A stretch of DNA of 64,000 nucleotides from a candidate division WWE3 bacterium GW2011_GWB1_41_6. Its GTDB lineage: Bacteria > Patescibacteriota > WWE3 > UBA101185 > UBA10185. A model generated the notes under the pieces. It saw only the letters and a program-made list of their open reading frames with translations. It was not told the origin of the DNA and made no database searches. Shown in pieces: positions 48,386 through 57,835 of the stretch. The translations under genes were made by a program, and so were the position numbers. How positions within the stretch are numbered: the first letter of the stretch is position 1; every line of letters starts with the position of its first letter. The stretch spans positions 5,191 to 69,190 of the forward strand of contig LCBS01000001.1 in NCBI GenBank assembly GCA_000997355.1, read 5' to 3'.

Positions 48386-51300
48386 ATGAGGATCCTGCCA
48401 ACTCCAACCGATATTCGGAGGAAAAAACGTCTTAAACGGACGAAACTAACTTCGAAATTTGCTATATTTGTCGGAATGTCTCTGGTTTTGCTTATTGCAA
48501 TAGGGTCTCCCCTTGTTTCCAAAGAAATCCAAATAAAGAGAATCAAGACGGATAAAGAAGGTTTTCAGATGAACGAAAGTGTCGAGATCGATATGGGTTC
48601 GTATGAACCGGCTGAGCTGCACGTTTATCTTTTGCGCGGTGAGGAAAAGATCGAGATTAGTGCTGAGTCTATAACGATAGAAAACGGAACTTTATCTATT
48701 AAACCTAGCAAAGATATAAAACCCGGTGCTTACAACCTTATTATTCAGGACGGAACACGCGTAATATACGACAATAATTTTGCTTGGGGCGTTCTAGCCA
48801 TGAACTTCAACAAGTCAGTTTATTTGCCGGATGAAAAGGCTAATATCTCTATCGCGGTTCTGGATGATCAGGGAAATATGGTTTGCGACGCTAATCTAAC
48901 TTTAGTGGCAGAGAATGTGGAACTCGGCCTTACTACAACATTATCAACCGGGGATGATACCATCACAGTAAATCCCGATTGTTACAGGCACGGGTACACG
49001 CTCGATCCCGACTTTGAAACTGAGTACGGATTCGAAGGGATTGGCTCGTATGATTTTACACTTACTGCGGTAACGCAAAACGGTGAGTACGCAATAACCG
49101 ACCAAATAGAAGTCCGTGAAAGTGTTCCATTTGATGTCGAGCGACTTATTGCCACAAGAATATATCCTGCTGATAAATATCCTGTGAATATAGTTATCAC
49201 AGCAAACCAGGACTTTAGCGGTGTGATCCAGGAAACTATTCCTGCGGAATTTGAAATAACTCCGCCATTACACTCCACATCATATGAACTTATTGATGAG
49301 GCGGATAGTAAAAAGTATATTACATGGCAGGTTAACTTAACAGCCGGGGAAACAATTAATATCGGGTATTACTTTAAAGCTCCTGAAATAAGCCCACAGT
49401 TTTATTTGCTTGGAACTCTAAAGTTCTATGAGATCAAAGATGTGGTTGATAATGCACTGGATATTGAAGACATAGAAAATAATGAGGATTTATATGTTGA
49501 GTATGAAACGGAATCGAGTGAGTCCACTGAGTCAAGCGAATACGATAACCAGCAATCATTTCTAATAAGAAACGTCTATGCGGAGGAGTCCACTGAGTCG
49601 GGATTGAGCGTCGACGAATTGGAAGAATTAATGAACTTTGTTCCTCAATCACAAATCGTAGAAGAGGAAGAAAATGTATTGTCCGGCACAGTAATACAAG
49701 AAGAGTTCTTGGTTTTTGAGGAAACGCGCAAGTGGCAGCTTGCGATTGACGTTGTAGCCAAGATGATACTGCTTTGGGACAATGCTTCTTCCATCCCGAC
49801 TGATTGGACATGTTTATCGTGCGGATCGGGGGATTTTTATAACAGGTTTATCAGGGGGTCGGATGCTTACGGAACATCTCAAGGCGGAAACACCTCCCAC
49901 ACTCACTCCGATCCGGGAACCTTAACACTTGTTGATAGTTCAGGTGACTTAGGTACAGCCGGATCCAGCAATACCAACAAACCTCCCAAACAGGATCATA
50001 CCCATCAGATTGCCTCGCCCAGCGTTGCTTCGGGACTTTCAGCTGATAATTTACCAGCATATCGCACCTTAAGAGTAATACGTTATGATTTTGGCATACC
50101 GGCAACATTACCGGCGGGGGTAATTGCATATTTTGTTGACTCTGTACCGGGGGGCTGGACAAAAGTTTATAACGACGGAACCACACCCAGATACGCAAGG
50201 GGAGCAGATACCGTTACCACCGGAGGAAGCAATACCCATACCCATACATTACCCCTAAACAACTCGGCCGGACCCCTTGGAGTACAAAATGTTAAAGGTG
50301 CGGCAAGCGGTACCACTGTTGCCAGTTCCGGCCATACTCATAATAGTACCAGCGGTAGCTCAAACTCCGGGTCAAGTGAGCCGCCATACGTTAACGTCAC
50401 TCTTGCCCAAAAAGATTCAACGGGCGCTGTAACCACTAACATGATTGCCATGTTTGACAACACACCTCCGGCGGGAAATTGGACATTAAAGTCCGATTCA
50501 GGCAGCACTTTTTATCAAAGATTTCCCAGACCTACCGATACCAGCTTAGATACTACCAGTGATACCAGCGCGCACACCCATAGCAACTTTACTATCAATT
50601 CCAGCACCTTAACCGGAGGTACAGGTGACGGTATTGTGGGATCGGGTGGAACCGCTTTTAGCAGCACTTCCCATCAGCATGGAATTACCTTTAGCTTAGA
50701 CTCGCAGGATCATACTCCTGTATATTGGGATGCCATTTTTGCAAAAGCTACAAGTGCTCCCTCCCCTAACCTGGAACAAATCCATTACCACTGGAGGAAC
50801 GACAGCGATAATGAAGCTAACGCCACATCAGCTACAAGCGGAACGGAGGATACGTCACTCAATATAACTAGCGGTTCCAACAAAAGATTGAGAATCGGCG
50901 TTGCTAATGAAGGAGGTGCAGCTGCTGAGGATGTGACGTTCCGTCTGGAATACGGAGCCAAATCTACTACATGCGGTGCTATAGGCACTTGGGTAGATGT
51001 CGGAGCTGATGGAGACGACTGGGATATGTATAACACAACTAACCTTACGGACGGAAACGATACAACAGACATAAGCAATACAATAGGGGGCGTTACTAAT
51101 ACAAATCCTACATTCAAAACGCCAAACACAGGAGTAAAAGATGCCTCCTCGCAGGTTGGGGTTTTGGATCTAACCATAGAAGACTTTACAGAAATGGAGT
51201 TTTCGGTTACGGCTGCGGGTAGCGTGGGGGATTACTGTTTTAGACTAACAAATGCCGGATCAACCACGAACATAACTACTACCACATATGCACTTGCCAG

Positions 51301-52531
51301 TATTACCAACGCAAACACAGCCCCCAACACTCCAACAAGCCTTGTTCAAGCTAAAACGGATGATACGGTTCTAAGTACGGGTGATTGGACGGATGAAACG
51401 TCAGTCAAGTTCACCGCTACCGCGGATGATACAGACGCCAGCGACACCCTCTACCTTTGCGTAGAGAAAGACGACACAGACACTGCTTTCTCGGGAACCG
51501 AGGATCTTTGCGGGAACGGGGTAGCATACTCAGGAACACCAGTCTCTGTTTCGGTAACAATTACAAGTATAACTGATGCAACCCAATATCACTGGCAAGC
51601 CAGAGTCAAAGACGCCGCTAATGAGTATTCTTCGATGCAGGTATACGGAGCCAACTCCGACACAACCCCCGGAGCCGACCGTGATTTTGGCGTTGATACC
51701 ACAGCTCCGACGGGCGGCACGGTTTATGATGGAACGGAAGCCGGAGTAGACAAAGACTTCAGTACTGCATCGCTATCTCAACTATCTGCTAATTGGGGGA
51801 GTTTTAATGCTGCAGCTTCAGGGTTGCAGTATTATGAATACTCTATAGGAACAACCCAGGGTGGAGTTGATACCAAAGGTTGGACGAATGCAACAACCGA
51901 CACCTCCGTAACTGCTACCGGTTTAACATTAATGACATCCAAAATTTACTATTTTAATGTCCGGGCAACGGATAACGCAGATAATGTTCAATCGGCAGTC
52001 TCGTCAGACGGACAAGTTGTCGCACCAAGTTTGGCATTTAGTGTCACGCCGCCGTCCATCACGTTCACCAACCTTGGGCCAGGTAATAGTTATACAGCAA
52101 CGAACAACGCAACATTAACAACATCAACCAATGCGTATAACGGATACGTTATCAGAGCATATACAACCGATCTATTAAAATCCATAGACCTCACCGATAA
52201 TATAATTAATTTTAACGGAGGATCTTATGCCGCACCCGACGAATGGTTGAGCGGTGACAGAGGTTTTGGCTACTACACTTCCGACACTTCTGTTCAAGGT
52301 TCTAATATATTCAATCCCCCAACCTGTCTTGGTGGAGGCAGTTCACCCTGCTACGCACCGTTCTCTCAAACAGCACCGGGTGACATTATTGCGGATAATA
52401 CCGGTACAATTACAGGAACACCTATAACCGCGGAGGAATTTACAGTTAATTTTAAGGTTCAGGTTAACCCTACTCAGGCGACTTCCGATTATAGTACGAC
52501 CGTTGTTTATACGGTGACAGCGCAGTACTAA
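48386..52531 (+). CDS. Large surface protein: N-terminal TM, Ig-like domains, three tail-collar/HxH fibre modules, FN3-like domains, C-terminal WxL-like domain
   Basis: 1381 aa; three I..F/W..P..W / R / HxH / HxH / P.Y repeats; YHWQARVKD and YYFNVRATD FN3-like strands; C-terminus similar to 54727..55809. Confidence 0.8.
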   Translation: MRILPTPTDIRRKKRLKRTKLTSKFAIFVGMSLVLLIAIGSPLVSKEIQIKRIKTDKEGFQMNESVEIDMGSYEPAELHVYLLRGEEKIEISAESITIENGTLSIKPSKDIKPGAYNLIIQDGTRVIYDNNFAWGVLAMNFNKSVYLPDEKANISIAVLDDQGNMVCDANLTLVAENVELGLTTTLSTGDDTITVNPDCYRHGYTLDPDFETEYGFEGIGSYDFTLTAVTQNGEYAITDQIEVRESVPFDVERLIATRIYPADKYPVNIVITANQDFSGVIQETIPAEFEITPPLHSTSYELIDEADSKKYITWQVNLTAGETINIGYYFKAPEISPQFYLLGTLKFYEIKDVVDNALDIEDIENNEDLYVEYETESSESTESSEYDNQQSFLIRNVYAEESTESGLSVDELEELMNFVPQSQIVEEEENVLSGTVIQEEFLVFEETRKWQLAIDVVAKMILLWDNASSIPTDWTCLSCGSGDFYNRFIRGSDAYGTSQGGNTSHTHSDPGTLTLVDSSGDLGTAGSSNTNKPPKQDHTHQIASPSVASGLSADNLPAYRTLRVIRYDFGIPATLPAGVIAYFVDSVPGGWTKVYNDGTTPRYARGADTVTTGGSNTHTHTLPLNNSAGPLGVQNVKGAASGTTVASSGHTHNSTSGSSNSGSSEPPYVNVTLAQKDSTGAVTTNMIAMFDNTPPAGNWTLKSDSGSTFYQRFPRPTDTSLDTTSDTSAHTHSNFTINSSTLTGGTGDGIVGSGGTAFSSTSHQHGITFSLDSQDHTPVYWDAIFAKATSAPSPNLEQIHYHWRNDSDNEANATSATSGTEDTSLNITSGSNKRLRIGVANEGGAAAEDVTFRLEYGAKSTTCGAIGTWVDVGADGDDWDMYNTTNLTDGNDTTDISNTIGGVTNTNPTFKTPNTGVKDASSQVGVLDLTIEDFTEMEFSVTAAGSVGDYCFRLTNAGSTTNITTTTYALASITNANTAPNTPTSLVQAKTDDTVLSTGDWTDETSVKFTATADDTDASDTLYLCVEKDDTDTAFSGTEDLCGNGVAYSGTPVSVSVTITSITDATQYHWQARVKDAANEYSSMQVYGANSDTTPGADRDFGVDTTAPTGGTVYDGTEAGVDKDFSTASLSQLSANWGSFNAAASGLQYYEYSIGTTQGGVDTKGWTNATTDTSVTATGLTLMTSKIYYFNVRATDNADNVQSAVSSDGQVVAPSLAFSVTPPSITFTNLGPGNSYTATNNATLTTSTNAYNGYVIRAYTTDLLKSIDLTDNIINFNGGSYAAPDEWLSGDRGFGYYTSDTSVQGSNIFNPPTCLGGGSSPCYAPFSQTAPGDIIADNTGTITGTPITAEEFTVNFKVQVNPTQATSDYSTTVVYTVTAQY

Positions 52532-52552
52532 AATCGGGTTAAACCCGATTTT
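52530..52552. terminator. Perfect hairpin after the large surface gene
   Basis: AAAATCGGGT-taa-ACCCGATTTT. Confidence 0.65.
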
Positions 52553-52672
52553 GCACCGTTGTATAAGGGTTTTTCAACTCCACTTTTTACATATTGTCAC
52601 TGTCATTTCCGTAATGTATTCATACATTTTCATCTTGCACGAGTTTCCGGTTAGGGGTATTCTGAGAATCCT

Positions 52673-52894
52673 ATGAGCAAACAAAACATCAAAACTCACG
52701 AACCTGAATCTAATGAACCAAAATCTACTTTAACAGGACCACCCGATAATAAAAGAGTAAGTAGCTATGAAAAATATCTTACAAAAGACGGTGAGTATAG
52801 TGATATAAACAAGGTGAGGGAATTATTGAAAAAGGCAAGGAAAGCATTTAATAAAAGTTCAAAACAAAAGAAGAAATGGGAAGAAAAATGTTAA
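52673..52894 (+). CDS. Small basic hypothetical protein
   Basis: 73-aa K-rich ORF. Confidence 0.4.
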   Translation: MSKQNIKTHEPESNEPKSTLTGPPDNKRVSSYEKYLTKDGEYSDINKVRELLKKARKAFNKSSKQKKKWEEKC

Positions 52895-52977
52895 CTACTG
52901 GAAAGGTACTAAACAAAAGTATTGTTTCATATGTTAGCATATTGCAATGTTCATTATAATATACTAGATTAGTTTAT

Positions 52978-53535
52978 ATGGAAAACCCAACTATTTCTGA
53001 CATATATAAAATATTACTTAGGATAGAGGCTGATATTGTATCCATTAAAAAGACTTTATCTGAACACTCTATAATATTAAATGAGCATTCGAGAATCTTA
53101 GACGAGCATTCGAATATATTACAAAAGCATTCGAAAATTTTAGCAAGTCACACAAAAACACTTAATAGCCACTCCAAAATTTTGATAAATCACTCCAAAA
53201 TTTTGAAGGAACATTCCAAAAAATTTTTAGAACATGATAGTAAGTTTGACACACTCCAAAAACTTATTTTGGACAATCGCGGGAAAATAATGGTTCTGAA
53301 TGAAAGCGTAATAGAAATTAAGGGGGAGTTAGCTGCTTTTCGGCATGAAACAAATACCAGATTTGAGGAAATAGAAAACAAAATAAAGTTTCTGCCACAA
53401 CTTCAAAATAATATCGATAACTTCTTGACAGAGATAATAGAATACAGATCCGAACACGTTGCAATTGACAACAGACTTCATGATCACCGTAAGCGTATTT
53501 CCGATCTTGAGAAAAAGGCCGTAGATTTTAAATAA
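52978..53535 (+). CDS. Coiled-coil protein with His-containing heptad repeats
   Basis: Nine xH[ST]x[IL]Lx-type heptads. Confidence 0.75.
   Translation: MENPTISDIYKILLRIEADIVSIKKTLSEHSIILNEHSRILDEHSNILQKHSKILASHTKTLNSHSKILINHSKILKEHSKKFLEHDSKFDTLQKLILDNRGKIMVLNESVIEIKGELAAFRHETNTRFEEIENKIKFLPQLQNNIDNFLTEIIEYRSEHVAIDNRLHDHRKRISDLEKKAVDFK
53062..53250 (+). repeat. Degenerate 21-bp coding tandem repeat (9 units)
   Basis: EHSIILN EHSRILD EHSNILQ KHSKILA SHTKTLN SHSKILI NHSKILK EHSKKFL EHDSKFD. Confidence 0.8.
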
Positions 53536-53562
53536 AAGGGCAAAATAGGTTAAAATTAATAC

Positions 53563-54702
53563 ATGCGCTCTATATACTCACCCGCCCGTTTGGTTTGGCC
53601 TTTAAATAAAATAATACGAATATTACTTTTGTCACAAGCCCTTATACTCTTCTCAGCTTTTGCGATTTCTAAAACAGCTGTTGCTCAAGTCATCGACAAT
53701 AATACTCAAGAATCAACGTCGGTAATAATCGAAGAAGAGCCGTTAGATGAACCTACATTAGATTCCCAGTTGGAACCACCAGCTCCCGCGTACATCCCTG
53801 ATATGCAAAACCCCCAATCGGCACTAGGTGTTTCACCTGCCATAATTGAGATCATTTTAGATCCTGGACAATCCACAACAGAAATAGTGACGGTTTTTAA
53901 TATCACGAACTTCCCTATTCCCGTAAAAGGGTTGGCACACAATTTTACGGTAAACGAAAAGTTGTCTTTGACCGAAGATCAGGCAAATATATTTAATGCA
54001 TCGCAATGGATAGGTTTGGAACCGGCAGATTTTATCCTACAGCCAAATCAGGAGCAAGAGATTATCGTTACCATTAACACTCCGGAAAACGCAGAACCGG
54101 GAGGACACTATGCAACAGTATATTTTCAGCCGTTGATACCGGCGGAGTTCATTTCCCAACAAAACACATTTTTGACAGCGCGGGTAGGAATACTTACTTT
54201 TTTTATCGTTAAAGGTGACATTCGCGAAGAAGCAAATATTAAAAATTTATTAACTAAGAACCTTCACCAATCAGGCCCAATTATCTTTGATGTTCCTATT
54301 ATAAACACAGGTAACGTTCATATAATACCAACCGGATTTGTAACCATAAAAAACATGGCCGGAAAAGAAACGGCAAAACTGGAGATTTCAAAAGGCGCCG
54401 TTTTACCTGGTACAGAGCGTATACTTACCGCCCAGTGGCCGAAAAAACTATTATTTGGAAAATATTCAGCTCAAGTGGCAATCACATACAGCGCTGATAA
54501 TCGGATTAGCCAAAGCCCGGAAATAACCTTTTGGGTAATTCCATGGGTTATGATTATCATTATAATTCTCTCATTGACAGTGGTTTATCTACTACTTACA
54601 ATTATGAGAACACGTATTGTTCTTGCTCTGAAGATCCTCTTAGGTAAAGCCGATCCGAAAGACGTGAGAATTACGCGTAGTTCTAGATCGTCAAAAAATT
54701 AA
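53563..54702 (+). CDS. DUF916/DUF3324-like (WxL-interacting-type) membrane-anchored protein
   Basis: Signal; VSPAI, SQWI, PENAEPGGHYA, NTGNVH..P.G, GKYSA; C-terminal TM and basic tail. Confidence 0.75.
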   Translation: MRSIYSPARLVWPLNKIIRILLLSQALILFSAFAISKTAVAQVIDNNTQESTSVIIEEEPLDEPTLDSQLEPPAPAYIPDMQNPQSALGVSPAIIEIILDPGQSTTEIVTVFNITNFPIPVKGLAHNFTVNEKLSLTEDQANIFNASQWIGLEPADFILQPNQEQEIIVTINTPENAEPGGHYATVYFQPLIPAEFISQQNTFLTARVGILTFFIVKGDIREEANIKNLLTKNLHQSGPIIFDVPIINTGNVHIIPTGFVTIKNMAGKETAKLEISKGAVLPGTERILTAQWPKKLLFGKYSAQVAITYSADNRISQSPEITFWVIPWVMIIIIILSLTVVYLLLTIMRTRIVLALKILLGKADPKDVRITRSSRSSKN

Positions 54703-54726
54703 AAATCCCTAAGGAGGTGATTTAGT

Positions 54727-55809
54727 TTGCATAAATTAAGAAAGTTTTCCAGCGGAATCATCGTTTCTTTGGTTGTTTTCTTTGGACTACTGATGTTGCC
54801 CAGATTAGTAGCTCATGCTGCAACTTTGACTACGGGTTCTTTATCCATAAGTGATTCACGACCAAGTACAGCCTCTGTTACATATACAGCCACATTTAGC
54901 AACGTTTCAAACTCGGCAATAAAATGTATTCAGATGCAGTTTGACACTCAATCAGATGGGGCAGGTTCAGCACCAACAGGTATGGTAACTTCAGGTGCCA
55001 CTTATAACGCAGCAGGCTCTGATTATGTTCCGGATGTTCAATCTTGGACGGCAGCCAGCTCAACAGCAGGATTGGTTAAAATAACCAACGCAACCGGGGA
55101 AACTGCTGCAGGAGGAACAGGCATTGTTGTTCTAACAGGTATAACTAACGGGAGTACAGCGGAAACATCTTACTTCATGATTCTTACCACATTTACGGAT
55201 GACGCCTGTACGGGTGGAAATGAGGTCGATACGGGAACTGTAAAGTTCATTTATACCACAGGTCAACTGGTATCTCTTACGATTGATCCTTCTTTGACTT
55301 TTACGGTTGATGCGGTAGCTGATACCGAAACCGTAAACGGCGAGGACCTGACAATTACAACAACCGACGGAACAATACCGTTCACCGGAGTCACAGTATC
55401 TGCAAATGGCGTTGGTGCACATTTGTTAACAGTTAATACTAATGCAGGCGGAGGTTACACCGTATACACAAGATATACCGCAGCGTTGACAAACGTAGCT
55501 TCGGACACAATTACAGATCATACCGGAACCAATGCTCAACCAAGCTCATTTCCTTCTGTGGGAACGGAAGCCTTTGGGTATACTACAACTGACACCACAC
55601 TAACTGCAACCGGTGACGGAGCAGATAGGTTTACAACACCTGCAAATCAGTGGGCAGCGTTCACAACCGGCAATTTAGAAGTTGCCTACAGCGCAGGTCC
55701 CGTAAGCAACGAGGAAACAACGATCGGTTATCAGGTAGGAGTTGCAGGAGCAACAGAAGCCGGTGTTTACAACACAACGATAATTCTAACAGCTACCCCT
55801 ACATACTAA
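54727..55809 (+). CDS. Exported Thr/Gly-rich structural protein with C-terminal WxL-like domain
   Basis: AAGGAGGTGA SD, signal (AHA); PSLTFTV, TNAGGGY, AFGY, AGVYNTTIILTATPTY. Confidence 0.72.
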   Translation: MHKLRKFSSGIIVSLVVFFGLLMLPRLVAHAATLTTGSLSISDSRPSTASVTYTATFSNVSNSAIKCIQMQFDTQSDGAGSAPTGMVTSGATYNAAGSDYVPDVQSWTAASSTAGLVKITNATGETAAGGTGIVVLTGITNGSTAETSYFMILTTFTDDACTGGNEVDTGTVKFIYTTGQLVSLTIDPSLTFTVDAVADTETVNGEDLTITTTDGTIPFTGVTVSANGVGAHLLTVNTNAGGGYTVYTRYTAALTNVASDTITDHTGTNAQPSSFPSVGTEAFGYTTTDTTLTATGDGADRFTTPANQWAAFTTGNLEVAYSAGPVSNEETTIGYQVGVAGATEAGVYNTTIILTATPTY

Positions 55810-55894
55810 TGAAAAAGTAGGGGATGTTGTTAAGACAGCGTGTTAGTATTACTTTGGTTAATTGTTTGCTTAAGTAACTTAGAACGAACTATGT

Positions 55895-56860
55895 ATGACT
55901 AAACCAAAAATTAAATGGCATCAATCAGTTATTACTGTACTCATTGGGTTGGGACTAACACTTATCACATCCATAGTATTAGCTCAGGAACAACCCGGTT
56001 CCCAAGGATCCTCGGGAACCGGTATGGCGATATCACCACCGACTTTTGAACTTACGGGAAATCCCGGAGATGTCATTGACAACACAATCAAGCTTACCAA
56101 CCTCTCAAACCGACCTATAACCATTGGTGTAGATCGCCGTAATTTTACTGCCGTCGGTGAAGAAGGTGCTGTGGGCTTAACGGACGAGGAAACAACTTTT
56201 TCCTTAGCTAGTTGGATCACGGTAAGTCCTTCAGAAGTAACGATAGAACCCGGACAAAGTCAGATCTTTTCTTTCAGAACATCGGTCCCATACAATGCGG
56301 AACCTGGAGGACATTTTGGGTCGGTAATTTTTAAAACGGGCGGGCAGACTCCCGGTTCATCAGGTGCTGCAGTAGCCCAGGAGGTAGCGTCGCTGATTCT
56401 TTTAAGAGTAGCGGGACAAACAACGGTCAGCGGAGAAATCCTTTCATTTACCACAAACAAATCATTTTATGACTACGGACCCATAGACTTCGAAGCAAGG
56501 GTAATAAACGAAGGTAGTGTTCATATCAAGCCAATTGGGTCTATCACGATAAATAATATGTTCGGTAAGCAGGTGGATAAGATTGCCATAGAACCGAAAA
56601 ATGTTCTGCCTGACGCAACCAGGCGAATCCCGGCAAGCTGGAATAAAAAATATCTTATTGGTAAATATACCGCAACTGTCGTATTTTCATATGGAACTAA
56701 CGGTGAAACTATGATAAAATCTACCACATTTAGCGGATTTCCCGTTAAAGAAGGGGGGATCATCTTAGCAGCATTACTCATACTGCTTGCCATACTGTTC
56801 AAAATGAGAAAAAGACTACGCCTGGCATTTAAAATTCTCTTTGGAAATTACAAAGCTTAG
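55895..56860 (+). CDS. Second DUF916/DUF3324-like membrane-anchored protein
   Basis: ISPPT, LASWI, PYNAEPGGHFG, NEGSVH.KP.G, GKYTA; C-terminal TM. Confidence 0.78.
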   Translation: MTKPKIKWHQSVITVLIGLGLTLITSIVLAQEQPGSQGSSGTGMAISPPTFELTGNPGDVIDNTIKLTNLSNRPITIGVDRRNFTAVGEEGAVGLTDEETTFSLASWITVSPSEVTIEPGQSQIFSFRTSVPYNAEPGGHFGSVIFKTGGQTPGSSGAAVAQEVASLILLRVAGQTTVSGEILSFTTNKSFYDYGPIDFEARVINEGSVHIKPIGSITINNMFGKQVDKIAIEPKNVLPDATRRIPASWNKKYLIGKYTATVVFSYGTNGETMIKSTTFSGFPVKEGGIILAALLILLAILFKMRKRLRLAFKILFGNYKA

Positions 56861-56880
56861 ATTTAACATGCGCAATAACG

Positions 56881-57825
56881 ATGAGATTTATAAGAGCGAC
56901 AACTGCCATATGTATAATACTAACTGTCTTTACACTTGCTGTTAGACACTCCCAAGCAACTTCAATTAATGTAAGTCTTATTGTGGGTGATACCCGGCTT
57001 ACGTTTCAGGGAAAAACATCGCCTAGTTCGCAAGTAACTTTTACAGAAAATAACAGTGTTATCGGAACTACGGCGTCTGATAATACGGGATATTTCGAAA
57101 AAGAGTTCATTTACAGTTATCCTGCGGATGATATACACAATATTACAATTTATTCGGTTAACGGACTTGGTCAGATGTCCAATCCCATTCTTTACAGTGT
57201 CTTTTTATCCGAATTCACTAACACTACGATTGGCAATCTAATATTACCGCCAACGATTGCTTTATCGGCATTAACAACCGTACAAGGTACCAGCATAACA
57301 GCCAGCGGCTACACCGTTCCAGACTCCTTACTAACCCTTTTATTTTTTAATTCTGCTACCACTCTGAACTCAACTTCTACAGCGGATGGTTACTGGGAGG
57401 TTGCGATAGACACAACGGCGTTAAACTCGGGTACACATACTGTATACGGGAAAACCACTGCTGAAGGGGGGTATCTGAGCGATGAAAGCGAGCACAAAAA
57501 CTTTATAGTCACATCTCCGGCCGCCGCAGACTCCGGTAGTGATGACAATGGAGGGGACAATAATGATGACTCAAGCGATTCAGAGTCAGGCAGTTCATCA
57601 ACCGGAACAACAACACAGGATGTATCCAACCTAATTTGCGCCCTTCCAAACTTTCTCAAATTATTTGATTGGGATTTTAACTGTAAGATCAATTTTGATG
57701 AATACGCCTCTTCAGCACGAAGTTGGGTTGGTTTATGGAGAATAGACCAAGAGCCCTGCGACATAAACAGTGACGGCAGGTGCGATATTAGGGATTTTTC
57801 TATACTGCTTTACCATGTATACTAA
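56881..57825 (+). CDS. Exported Ig-like repeat protein with dockerin-like C-terminus
   Basis: Two G.T.P.S..T Ig-like units, D/S linker, DWDFNCKINFDE and DINSDGRCDIRD EF-hand-like pair. Confidence 0.72.
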   Translation: MRFIRATTAICIILTVFTLAVRHSQATSINVSLIVGDTRLTFQGKTSPSSQVTFTENNSVIGTTASDNTGYFEKEFIYSYPADDIHNITIYSVNGLGQMSNPILYSVFLSEFTNTTIGNLILPPTIALSALTTVQGTSITASGYTVPDSLLTLLFFNSATTLNSTSTADGYWEVAIDTTALNSGTHTVYGKTTAEGGYLSDESEHKNFIVTSPAAADSGSDDNGGDNNDDSSDSESGSSSTGTTTQDVSNLICALPNFLKLFDWDFNCKINFDEYASSARSWVGLWRIDQEPCDINSDGRCDIRDFSILLYHVY

Positions 57826-57835
57826 ATAGTAATAT

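Noticed and set aside
48386-52531. Prophage tail gene
   Set aside because: The fibre modules are embedded in a TM-anchored cellular protein; no capsid, terminase, baseplate or integrase genes nearby
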